From a virus (taxonomy: Duplodnaviria > Caudoviricetes): a stretch of DNA of 35,957 nt. The DNA lies in IMG/VR virus record IMGVR_UViG_3300020043_002360, positions 1-35,957 of that record, one strand, 5' to 3'. Positions 24,694 through 32,445 of this stretch are shown one piece after another. The notes below the pieces were generated by a model that did no database searches, had not been told where the DNA came from, and saw only the letters and a program-made list of their open reading frames with translations. A program made the translations under genes and the position numbers. Within the stretch, counting starts at the first letter, position 1. The number at the start of each line of letters is the position of its first letter.

Positions 24694-24903
24694 ATGTATT
24701 TTGATCGTTTTGATATTTGCGAAGCGTATTATCTGGCACTCTCGCACTGCCATGGTGGCCAGTGGTCGCGCGAATACGCGCGTTTGTCGCGCTTGGGGCA
24801 GTACTTCAAACCCTCTCCCATGCTATCGGTGGAAAGCCTTAACGATAACGCGCGCGCGATCTATGAGTGCGCATGCGCGCGCATGCTTGGGGGTGCACAA
24901 TGA
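24694..24903 (+). CDS. Hypothetical early protein (69 aa)
   Basis: Start MYFDRFDICEAYY after a GAAAGGT RBS. Confidence 0.8.
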   Translation: MYFDRFDICEAYYLALSHCHGGQWSREYARLSRLGQYFKPSPMLSVESLNDNARAIYECACARMLGGAQ

Positions 24904-25124
24904 TTAAGACAATGAAGGCCAAATACAAGGGCCGCGATGCGCGCACGGGCGCGCCTATTTACCCGGGCGATGAGATTCAATATTGCACGACTACGCGCCG
25001 CGCATGGATCACCGGCGAACCGGGCGAGATAACCTTTATTGGTGAGTCCGGCCCCACCACGTTCTATCGAAACCCACGCGGGCGTTGCATTGACGCCCCA
25101 TGCTGCGGGTGCTGCACCATATGA
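24900..25124 (+). CDS. Hypothetical protein with C-terminal RCIDAPCCGCC motif
   Basis: ATGA overlaps on both sides. Cys cluster at the C-terminus. Confidence 0.8.
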   Translation: MIKTMKAKYKGRDARTGAPIYPGDEIQYCTTTRRAWITGEPGEITFIGESGPTTFYRNPRGRCIDAPCCGCCTI

Positions 25125-25276
25125 CCTACTACACCACCAAGGGCGCAGCCCAAGCGCTGGCCGATACGCTGGCCATGGATGACGCGGACGCATGGCTTTA
25201 CGAAGTCCATGCGAGCCCGCGCGGGTTCTATGTGGCCGTATTTGATTTCGATCACTTTTTTTTGGGGAACCTATGA
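25121..25276 (+). CDS. Hypothetical protein (51 aa)
   Basis: Hand-translated MTYYTTKGAAQALADTLAMDDADAWLYEVHASPRGFYVAVFDFDHFFLGNL. ATGA overlaps. Confidence 0.7.
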   Translation: MTYYTTKGAAQALADTLAMDDADAWLYEVHASPRGFYVAVFDFDHFFLGNL

Positions 25277-25356
25277 GAGACATTTTCGCAGCCTTGATCA
25301 TCGCGGCGGCGCTCACTGTGTGCGCGCTGGCTTATTTTGACGTTTTAATTAAATGA
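25273..25356 (+). CDS. Small hydrophobic peptide (27 aa)
   Basis: MRDIFAALIIAAALTVCALAYFDVLIK. ATGA-coupled. Confidence 0.6.
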   Translation: MRDIFAALIIAAALTVCALAYFDVLIK

Positions 25357-25367
25357 AGGACAACACC

Positions 25368-25652
25368 ATGCAAACCGTAAAAATTGGAAACACCACGTAC
25401 ATCACGCACCGCGATGGCATCATGGCGCACCACGCCAAATGCACCGGTAAGCATAAACCCATGAAATCTAAGGGGGCCATAAAGCGCTTTTACCCGCTCG
25501 ATGGCGCCACCATGACCACGGCCCAATATGTGGCCGCTTATGAGCGCTTAAACGTGGGGCTTACCGCGTGGGACTGGCAGCCCCTGAGCACCACGCCCAC
25601 CGTGGCCGAAGGGGTCGATAGCGCATGGGAGGTCGAGCATGACGCTGATTAA
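25368..25652 (+). CDS. Hypothetical protein
   Basis: AAGGA RBS before MQTVKIG. Confidence 0.75.
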   Translation: MQTVKIGNTTYITHRDGIMAHHAKCTGKHKPMKSKGAIKRFYPLDGATMTTAQYVAAYERLNVGLTAWDWQPLSTTPTVAEGVDSAWEVEHDAD

Positions 25653-25860
25653 TTTCTGCGAGACACCGCGCACCATGGTGGAAATCGAAGCGGAGGGTTT
25701 CACCCGCGATCAAGTCTACGGGGCCGTCAAGCGGGGCGAACTGGTGAACCAAAACCGCAAGGACGCCTGGGGGCGCATCAAGCGGGGCGCGGGGCTTTTT
25801 ACTGTGGCCTGCCCGGCCCCTACTTATGATGCCGCGCCACTGGTGGCAGCATGGCGCTAA
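25639..25860 (+). CDS. Hypothetical protein (possible winged helix)
   Basis: GGAGG RBS. PRTMVEIEAEGFTRDQVYGAVKRGELV pattern. Confidence 0.7.
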   Translation: MTLINFCETPRTMVEIEAEGFTRDQVYGAVKRGELVNQNRKDAWGRIKRGAGLFTVACPAPTYDAAPLVAAWR

Positions 25861-25910
25861 TATGCGCGGTCATTTTGGCCGCTATACTTGCGCTGCTGCT
25901 TGACCTTTAA
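25851..25910 (+). CDS. Possible 19-aa hydrophobic micropeptide
   Basis: MALICAVILAAILALLLDL fills the gap before the terminator. Confidence 0.4.
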   Translation: MALICAVILAAILALLLDL

Positions 25911-25928
25911 GCAGTTGCCAACCCTCAC

Positions 25929-25956
25929 AAGCCCGCCTAGTGCGGGCTTTTTTTTT
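25929..25956 (+). terminator. Rho-independent terminator of the early operon
   Basis: AAGCCCGC-CTAGT-GCGGGCTT followed by a T-run, at the convergence point with the primase gene. Confidence 0.9.
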
Positions 25957-28225
25957 ACACCGGCTCGACCATGCGCCTTAAATCGCTGCGCGAATATTCG
26001 CTAAGCTCTGGCGCGCAGAAAACGTGCTTTTTGGTGTCATGGTCGCGCGATTTAATGCGGCCCATGTCGACCCAGCCCGCTTCCTTGAATGCGTGCAATA
26101 GCGCGGCCTGGACGACCTTAACACCACCGGGGGCGATGCCTTGCAAGCGGTCGCAAAGGCCATAAAAGGGGCCACCACACACCCCACGCGAGAATTCACC
26201 GGCGCGCCTGCGCATGAGGTCAACCAGAAACGATTCAGCGCCGCTCATGCCGTGCTCGACCATGATGGACTTGGCCTCAGTCATGGGGGGCGCAGCGTTT
26301 GGATTCCACGCGGACACGTCTCGCGTGTGCAGATAGTGGGCCACGGCCTCAAAGCCGCCCCGGTGCTGGTACCAGTTCCACAAGCTCACCGCCTGAGCTT
26401 CTGGGAGCTTGGGGGCATCGGCCCACAGGACAAACCACCGGCGGTCTTCGCTGGGGATCGAGATGGCCACGCGCTCATTGGAGAATGCGATCACGAAAAC
26501 CCGGTTCAGGGCCATGTAGGGGTGCAAGCCCTTCCGATTGACCATGAGAAGCTCTGGGGGCGCGGCGATGATGGGCTTGAGGGTATTCTCCAGCGCCCGG
26601 CGGTCTTTGGCCTCGGCCTGCCTGAGCTCGGCGATTTCCATCACTTCGCACTCCAGCGCATAGCCCCACTGGGAGGTCAGTTCTTCATTCTTGACCAATG
26701 AGCAATTGTGCTTGGACGGGCCACCAATGGCCCAGAAGAAGGGGGCGAACAGGGTATCTTTGCCCGACCCGTGATTACCACCCAAAAGGATGGCGTGATT
26801 GATCTTGTGCCCTGGAAACTGCACCTTGTGGGCCAGCGCGTTTAACAGGTGCTCACGCTCAAAACGCTCGGGCACCATGCGCTCCACATGGGCCAGCCAT
26901 TGGCTGACGTCACCGGCCACCGGCGTGGGGCGGGCGTCACGCCAGCGGTTGCCATAAACATGGCCCTCACGCGAGACCAAGACGGACGCGCCTGCGGCGT
27001 AGGTAATGCCTACCAGGGACTTGGCGCCCTTGCCTTGGCGGTTCTCATCGAAGGACGTTGCGGCCTCGATGCGGCGCTTGGCGTTGTGAATGGACTTGCA
27101 ATCGATGTGCCGGTACAGGGCGTTGAAAGTGTTGCGCGACACCTCCCGGCGGTCTTGCATGTCGAAAAAGGCGTCATCAGTCTGGACGTAGGCGAAGCGC
27201 TCGAACCACTCGTTTTTCTCAACCCGGCCCAACTCTTTACGCTCCACCTCGGCGATGACGCGGGCGGCCTCGTCTGGATAGTCGGCGGTGGGGGTGAGCT
27301 TGGCGCGCACTGACTCCATGGCCTGGGTGAGCAGTTCCTCACGCAGACCGGGGGTGTGGGCGGGGCCACCTTGGTCGGCCACCCACGTCAGAAAGGCGCG
27401 GGAATCAAAGTCAACGCAATGCGAATGCAGGCAGCAATACGCCCGGTTGGCGGGCATATAGCGCCCCTCTGGGTTGCCGTCGGTATGCTCGGCACTGTTG
27501 GGGCAGATGACGCCTGCCCAGCCCTCGCCATTGGGTTTGGACAGTAGCAAACCTTGGCCGGAGAGCCACGCCATCACATCGTCCGCGCCGTCGTCTGAGA
27601 TGCGGATCGGGCGCAGGGTGAGCGAGTCGGGCTCCACTGGTGTGACACCCAAGGTATCGCAAATAGTACCTAGTGTGTATTCGCGTTCTGGATGAAAAGT
27701 CACCAGGCGCGCGGCGAAGTTGTCGCGGCCCGGTTTGAAGTTTACGCTGCCCGGCAGTCGGAAGTTGCGCACCGGGTTGCAGGCACCGGGGTCGGTGTAG
27801 CCCGCCTCGGCGATGGCTTTGATGGCCGCGCTGAACTCGGCCTTGGTCGGTTGGTCGCTGAAGGCGTAGCCCCACTGGAATGAGCCGGGGGACGTCTCCA
27901 TGATCCAGGTCGGGTCGAGCGGGGGCGTCTTGGACTTGGTGCCAATGTCGTCCAGCATCATCACCAAGATGTACTCGCAGTTGGCTGCGGACGCTGACAC
28001 TCGGCCCTCGGCGAAGCGGTCGATGATAAAGCTGGCGGTGTTGCCGTACCAGGCTTGATCTGCTTTGATGCGCTTGGGGTCGGGCAAGAATGCCGGCCAA
28101 GTGCATTTGACGGCCCCATCGGCGTGGAGTTGTATCTCGCCGTCTTTCAACTGTGGTTTTTGCCTGACAATTAACGCTGTTTCGCCGCTTGGGGCCAATT
28201 TTGTGATAAATTCCAGAAATTCCAA
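25955..28225 (-). CDS. Primase-helicase (RepB-type AEP primase, Zn finger, SF3/NrS-1-like helicase)
   Basis: MLDDIG, WIMETSPGSFQWGY and RNFRLPGS primase motifs. CP-x4-H...C-x-H-x-H-C Zn finger. Walker A GNHGSGKDT and IAFSN...DRRW. TTG start with AAGGAG RBS. Confidence 0.9.
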   Translation of the reverse strand: MEFLEFITKLAPSGETALIVRQKPQLKDGEIQLHADGAVKCTWPAFLPDPKRIKADQAWYGNTASFIIDRFAEGRVSASAANCEYILVMMLDDIGTKSKTPPLDPTWIMETSPGSFQWGYAFSDQPTKAEFSAAIKAIAEAGYTDPGACNPVRNFRLPGSVNFKPGRDNFAARLVTFHPEREYTLGTICDTLGVTPVEPDSLTLRPIRISDDGADDVMAWLSGQGLLLSKPNGEGWAGVICPNSAEHTDGNPEGRYMPANRAYCCLHSHCVDFDSRAFLTWVADQGGPAHTPGLREELLTQAMESVRAKLTPTADYPDEAARVIAEVERKELGRVEKNEWFERFAYVQTDDAFFDMQDRREVSRNTFNALYRHIDCKSIHNAKRRIEAATSFDENRQGKGAKSLVGITYAAGASVLVSREGHVYGNRWRDARPTPVAGDVSQWLAHVERMVPERFEREHLLNALAHKVQFPGHKINHAILLGGNHGSGKDTLFAPFFWAIGGPSKHNCSLVKNEELTSQWGYALECEVMEIAELRQAEAKDRRALENTLKPIIAAPPELLMVNRKGLHPYMALNRVFVIAFSNERVAISIPSEDRRWFVLWADAPKLPEAQAVSLWNWYQHRGGFEAVAHYLHTRDVSAWNPNAAPPMTEAKSIMVEHGMSGAESFLVDLMRRRAGEFSRGVCGGPFYGLCDRLQGIAPGGVKVVQAALLHAFKEAGWVDMGRIKSRDHDTKKHVFCAPELSEYSRSDLRRMVEPV

Positions 28226-28242
28226 AACGCTTCTCCTTTAAG

Positions 28243-28266
28243 AGCCCGCCTGCCAGCGGGCTTTTT
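28243..28266. terminator. Hairpin between polymerase and primase genes
   Basis: AGCCCGC-CTGCCA-GCGGGCT-TTTT. The U-tract is on the plus (antisense) strand. Confidence 0.6.
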
Positions 28267-30175
28267 ATTTGCCGTATCTCGACATGATCGCCACCTCTGC
28301 GTCAAGGGGCAAGCCCTTGGCCCACTCGGGCGGCGTACACATCACCTCTTTCAATCGCACGGCCATCTCCTCTGGCCGGTCGGTCTCAATGACCACCTCA
28401 TCATGGACGTGAAGCACCACGTCGTCAAACTGGCGCAGCGTATGGCGCAACAAATCATTGGCCGTTGCCTGCGTGATATTCTCACACGCCAAGCCTTTCC
28501 AAAGGCGGGCTCGCGGCCATTCTTTTGCGTCTGCTGCTGGTTTCCAAGCGGCCTTGGCGTAGCTCACGCCATCAGCGTCTAGCTTGGCAAATGGGTAGCA
28601 CAGCACCCGCCCGGAGGGCAGAGCGTACCAGAGATGCTGGCCGTCGAATAGGTAGGTGACCCGCCCCACGCTGAACTCATGGCCCTTGTTGCGCATCGCC
28701 CGGGTGTAGGCTTCCTCAAGGTTCTGCCAGTAGGGCACAGACCAAGGGTTTGCCCTACGCCATGCATCCACCATGCGCTTGGATTCAAACTCGGTGAGTT
28801 GCACGCCATACGCCCGGCCCATGGCCGCGAAAGCACCGACGCCGCCGGCAAAGCCGCAGGCGAGCTCTTGCACCTTGCCGATCTGGCGCTGGTCTTTGGT
28901 CACTTCGTCAACCCTGACGCCAAAGGTGGCGGCTGCGTTGACCTTGTACACATCCTCGCCCTTGGCAAAGATGGCCAACTTGTCGTCCCCACGGCCTGAG
29001 AGCCAAGGGTTGGCGCGGGCCTCGATAGCGGCCCAGTCAGCAACGACCAAGGACTTACCCGGCGCGGGTATCAGTGCGGGCCTGAGCATTCCCTTGAGAA
29101 CATCTGTAACGCGCTTGCCATACCGAGGGACGATTGCATGGTCTCTGACCATGGCGCGCCTGACGTCGTCGGGTTCGTCAGCGCATTTGCGGGTGAAATT
29201 GTGAACTTGCGCTCCGTATGAAGAAGCTCTGCCTGTCGCTGAACCGCCTGCAAATACGAACGCTCCTCGGACTCGTTCATCTTCAACATCTGCAAGTTGC
29301 GCAAGTCTGTTGAATTTTGCGACTGATGACGCCCAAAGGTCGTCGGCGCACTGAATGACTTCTTGAACATGGGGTGGGACATCCTCACAGTTTAGTAAAT
29401 TGGCCCGCACAGTCTTGTCGATGCTGTACTTACCGTCCTTCTCCATGAGCTTGAGGGCTTGCGGCCCCACACGCTCGATGACCCACTGGCGCATCTTGGG
29501 GGAGCGCACGCTGGTGATCGCGCCTTCGGTGACCTCGGCCACGATCTGCTCGATCTCGACCAACTCATCGCTGGCGTACTTGATGGCCGCCTTGCACAAA
29601 GGCACATCGACCAAGACGCCCCGGTCGTTGATGCGCTCGTTGACGTGGTAGTCGAGCAGTTCATCTGCGCTCAGCGGCCTGAGCGCCTTGCTGATGGAGC
29701 GCATGGAGCGCACATCATCCTCACAGTAGATCACCATCTCGGCCATCAGGGCCGGGTCTTGTCTGAAGGTTCCATCGGCCTGGGGGATTGACAACAAGCG
29801 GATCAGTTGAGCGCCTCTGCGGTTCTTACGCATACCAGCGCCAGCAAAGCGCCCCACGTCTTCAAGCGAACCAGGCGCGCAGTTGGCGCGGGCTTGGGCG
29901 GCGGTGCAAACAAACTGTGCTAGATCGAAATTGATCTGCAAGACGTACCAGAAGATCAAGCGCTCAAAAGCGGCGTTGTGGGCGTAAATTACGCCTTTGT
30001 AATCTTTGACTTGTTCGGGAAAGGGTTGGTCAGGCGTCCAAGTCTGGACATCTTCGTCATCAAAAGCCCACGACATGCACAGCACGTCGGTCGATGGGTC
30101 TTGAGCGTAGTTGTAAACGCCTGCGGCTTTTAGGTCGCAGGCGCTACGGGTTTCAAAGTCAACCCAAAGAGTCAT
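28265..30175 (-). CDS. DNA polymerase family A with 3'-5' exonuclease
   Basis: Exo I DFET, Exo II HNAAFER, Exo III YCEDD. Motif A ADWAAIEAR, motif B RQIGKVQELACGF, motif C VHDE. Confidence 0.95.
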   Translation of the reverse strand: MTLWVDFETRSACDLKAAGVYNYAQDPSTDVLCMSWAFDDEDVQTWTPDQPFPEQVKDYKGVIYAHNAAFERLIFWYVLQINFDLAQFVCTAAQARANCAPGSLEDVGRFAGAGMRKNRRGAQLIRLLSIPQADGTFRQDPALMAEMVIYCEDDVRSMRSISKALRPLSADELLDYHVNERINDRGVLVDVPLCKAAIKYASDELVEIEQIVAEVTEGAITSVRSPKMRQWVIERVGPQALKLMEKDGKYSIDKTVRANLLNCEDVPPHVQEVIQCADDLWASSVAKFNRLAQLADVEDERVRGAFVFAGGSATGRASSYGAQVHNFTRKCADEPDDVRRAMVRDHAIVPRYGKRVTDVLKGMLRPALIPAPGKSLVVADWAAIEARANPWLSGRGDDKLAIFAKGEDVYKVNAAATFGVRVDEVTKDQRQIGKVQELACGFAGGVGAFAAMGRAYGVQLTEFESKRMVDAWRRANPWSVPYWQNLEEAYTRAMRNKGHEFSVGRVTYLFDGQHLWYALPSGRVLCYPFAKLDADGVSYAKAAWKPAADAKEWPRARLWKGLACENITQATANDLLRHTLRQFDDVVLHVHDEVVIETDRPEEMAVRLKEVMCTPPEWAKGLPLDAEVAIMSRYGK

Positions 30176-30807
30176 CAGGCAGACCGACGACGACGACCTG
30201 CTGGTGCAGCCGGTGTTTCGACAGCAACTTCAGGCTCACCGTCCATGCTGACCCACTCTTGCACCTCAAACACAGGCGTGTAGATTTTGCCGTAGCTTTT
30301 GTGGGCGTAGTGATCCTTTTTGAGTTTCACAATTGCCACTGGCTTTGCTTGGTCTTTTTCGACCTGCTCTGCCAAAGCCACCGCCAAGGTCTGCACAGAA
30401 CGCTTACCGCCCACTGACGTGGTGGTGTATCGCGCTTCCATGCCCTTGTCTTCACCGCTGATGCACTTGAGGCTCATGCCCACTTGTGTCTCCCAGCCTT
30501 TTTTGGCGCCGGGGGGCGCTTCATCAAGCTCGGGCAGCGGTTGGGACACCGACGCCATCTTCTCGGCCAGCACTTCACCATCGCCCCAGGCGATGAAGCC
30601 GTGGACAAAGCTGAAAGGGTTGATGGCCCAAGTGGAGTCGTCTTCCACTTCGGTCTGATCGGCACCAAAGACCCAATGGCCAGTCTTGTCCATTTTCAGG
30701 ATGACTGTACCGGCTGGGCCCACGTCTGCTTGGATCGCGCGCAAAGCGGTTGAGAGGGTGGAGACTGCGGGCAAGCCCGCTTGAGAGAACGCTACTAAAT
30801 TTGACAT
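30175..30807 (-). CDS. Putative single-stranded DNA-binding protein
   Basis: Lies between the Cas4-like nuclease and PolA (usual SSB slot). Beta-rich with aromatic residues (YAHKSYGKIYTPVF). Confidence 0.6.
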   Translation of the reverse strand: MSNLVAFSQAGLPAVSTLSTALRAIQADVGPAGTVILKMDKTGHWVFGADQTEVEDDSTWAINPFSFVHGFIAWGDGEVLAEKMASVSQPLPELDEAPPGAKKGWETQVGMSLKCISGEDKGMEARYTTTSVGGKRSVQTLAVALAEQVEKDQAKPVAIVKLKKDHYAHKSYGKIYTPVFEVQEWVSMDGEPEVAVETPAAPAGRRRRSA

Positions 30808-30815
30808 GATAGTCC

Positions 30816-31943
30816 TTATTGAAGTTTAGAAAGGGCAGCGGTTAATTGCTTCCCGATTTGAATCACCGCCGGCCTGGGATCACTCTCAGACGCGATGGTG
30901 GTACCCGAAGAGACGGCGACGACCAGATCATCGGGCAGGGCTTGCTTGCGCTTTTTGAGCGCCTTCTCAGCCTTGGCCGGTGAAATGATTGATGTCTCCA
31001 TCACTTCAGATTCTGTGAGACCAAACGCAAACAGGGCGACTTTGGCCTTGTCTTCGTCAGTCCACTGTCTGATGGCACGCTTGGCCACCAACTTGTAATC
31101 AGGCAGTTTAGCACCGCTGTCGAGCATCTGAAGCGCCAGCGCGCGCAGGTCAGTGATCCACTGCTCCAGCATGTCGGCGTTCTTCAGATACGCGCTGATC
31201 TGGGGCGCGTCCAGGCTCTCGATGGACGTCTTTAACGCCCGGTCAACAGCGCCGGTCATCTGTGGGCAGATGGGTTTGGCTGCGCACCAACGGCAGTGGT
31301 CGCCGGTCTTGAGATCGGCATCTGGCTTTTGCGCCAGCTTGACGGCCTGCACCAACTGCAATTCAAACTCAGCGATGCGCTTGGGCGTGGTCACCCAGCG
31401 CTTGACTTGCGGCGGCTGCACGATTACGCACTCGATCTCATCAACGCCTTCAAAGGCCCACTTGGCGGCTTCAGTGCGCATGGACGCGGCGGCGTAGAAC
31501 ATCAGTTGCGGGTTCTCTTCTACTTCCACAGCAACACCATCACCAAACTTCCAATCAAGAACAATTGCGCGGTTTCCGATACGCCCAATGAGGTCGGTAG
31601 ACCCAAACACACCAGGCAGTAAGTCCCCAAAGCCAACACGTGTTTCAGCTTCAATTTCCATCTCCTTGGTCGGGTCGATCTCATCAAGCGCGGCCATTGC
31701 GACTTTTAGCTTGTTGTCGATCAAATCTTGCGTCAACACTTGGTCTTCGTACTTGGTGCCCAGGTAGTGCTCGGGTGGGTTGTCGGTCATCACGATGTCG
31801 GCGATGACGTTGTGAAGAAGCGTGCCCTCATCGGCGTACTTGTTGCTGGGCTGGGGCGGCATCTTTTGCACCAAGGCCACTGAGCCTGGGCAGTTGATGA
31901 CGCGCTTGGCGGTCGAGCCGCCGACGATGTTACTGTGCTGCAT
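30816..31943 (-). CDS. Cas4-like PD-(D/E)xK exonuclease (DUF2800-type)
   Basis: CPGS, EGTLLH, GSTD, LDWKFG, QLMFYA and CRWC-x5-C. Confidence 0.9.
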   Translation of the reverse strand: MQHSNIVGGSTAKRVINCPGSVALVQKMPPQPSNKYADEGTLLHNVIADIVMTDNPPEHYLGTKYEDQVLTQDLIDNKLKVAMAALDEIDPTKEMEIEAETRVGFGDLLPGVFGSTDLIGRIGNRAIVLDWKFGDGVAVEVEENPQLMFYAAASMRTEAAKWAFEGVDEIECVIVQPPQVKRWVTTPKRIAEFELQLVQAVKLAQKPDADLKTGDHCRWCAAKPICPQMTGAVDRALKTSIESLDAPQISAYLKNADMLEQWITDLRALALQMLDSGAKLPDYKLVAKRAIRQWTDEDKAKVALFAFGLTESEVMETSIISPAKAEKALKKRKQALPDDLVVAVSSGTTIASESDPRPAVIQIGKQLTAALSKLQ

Positions 31944-32088
31944 CTGGTGTTTCCTCTTTGGTGAATTTGATTTCGCCGCTGTAGCTGTAGGTTTTGATCT
32001 CTACTGCATTGAAGGCATCTGGGAATCTGGCTTGCGCCCATTCCAAGAGAATTTTCTCTGCTTCGGTGGTGGTGATTTTTAGTTCCAT
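31930..32088 (-). CDS. Hypothetical protein (52 aa)
   Basis: Hand-translated MELKITTTEAEKILLEWAQARFPDAFNAVEIKTYSYSGEIKFTKEETPDAAQ. Strong AAGGAG RBS. Confidence 0.75.
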   Translation of the reverse strand: MELKITTTEAEKILLEWAQARFPDAFNAVEIKTYSYSGEIKFTKEETPDAAQ

Positions 32089-32114
32089 GTGGACTCTCCT
32101 TTAGTTAATGAGCC

Positions 32115-32150
32115 TTGACTGTAGCACAAAAAATAAAAGTGTGCTAAACT
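32115..32150. promoter_or_regulatory. Divergent promoter region with inverted repeat TAGCACA-N11-TGTGCTA
   Basis: Extended -10 TGcTAAACT on the plus strand and TGcTACAGT on the minus strand, between the divergent operons. Confidence 0.65.
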
Positions 32151-32157
32151 TTTTGAC

Positions 32158-32445
32158 ATGCTTGAAAAAGAAATCGAAAAATACTTTGTCTGGACTGTGG
32201 AGCGCATGGGCGGCAAGACGTGGAAGTTCACCTCGCCAGGACGCAAAGGCGTTGCTGACAGGATCGCCTGCCTGCCTGATGGCACTACATGGTTTGTGGA
32301 GTTGAAAACAAAAGGCGGCAGGCTCTCAGCCTTGCAGAAAATTTTTATGTCGGACATGGCACTACTGAACCAGCGCTATGCGTGTTTGTGGACTAAGGAG
32401 CAAATTGATGGTTTCGTTACGACCGTATCAAGAGCAGGCCGCTGA
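32158..32445 (+). CDS. VRR-NUC domain nuclease
   Basis: MLEKEIE...KFTSPGRKGVADRI...FVELKT.GGRLSALQ. Confidence 0.92.
   Translation: MLEKEIEKYFVWTVERMGGKTWKFTSPGRKGVADRIACLPDGTTWFVELKTKGGRLSALQKIFMSDMALLNQRYACLWTKEQIDGFVTTVSRAGR

Noticed and set aside
25256-25263. T8 run as a phase-variation or frameshift site
   Set aside because: The frame is intact (FFL) and the stop overlaps the next ATG normally. Nothing else supports slippage.
27411-28106. 231-aa alternative-frame ORF inside the primase gene
   Set aside because: Arg/Pro-rich off-frame translation typical of high-GC coding DNA. No independent start signals.
30816-31943. Cas4-like gene as evidence of a CRISPR-Cas system
   Set aside because: Stand-alone Cas4-like nucleases are normal in phage replication modules. 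No cas1/cas2 or array is present.
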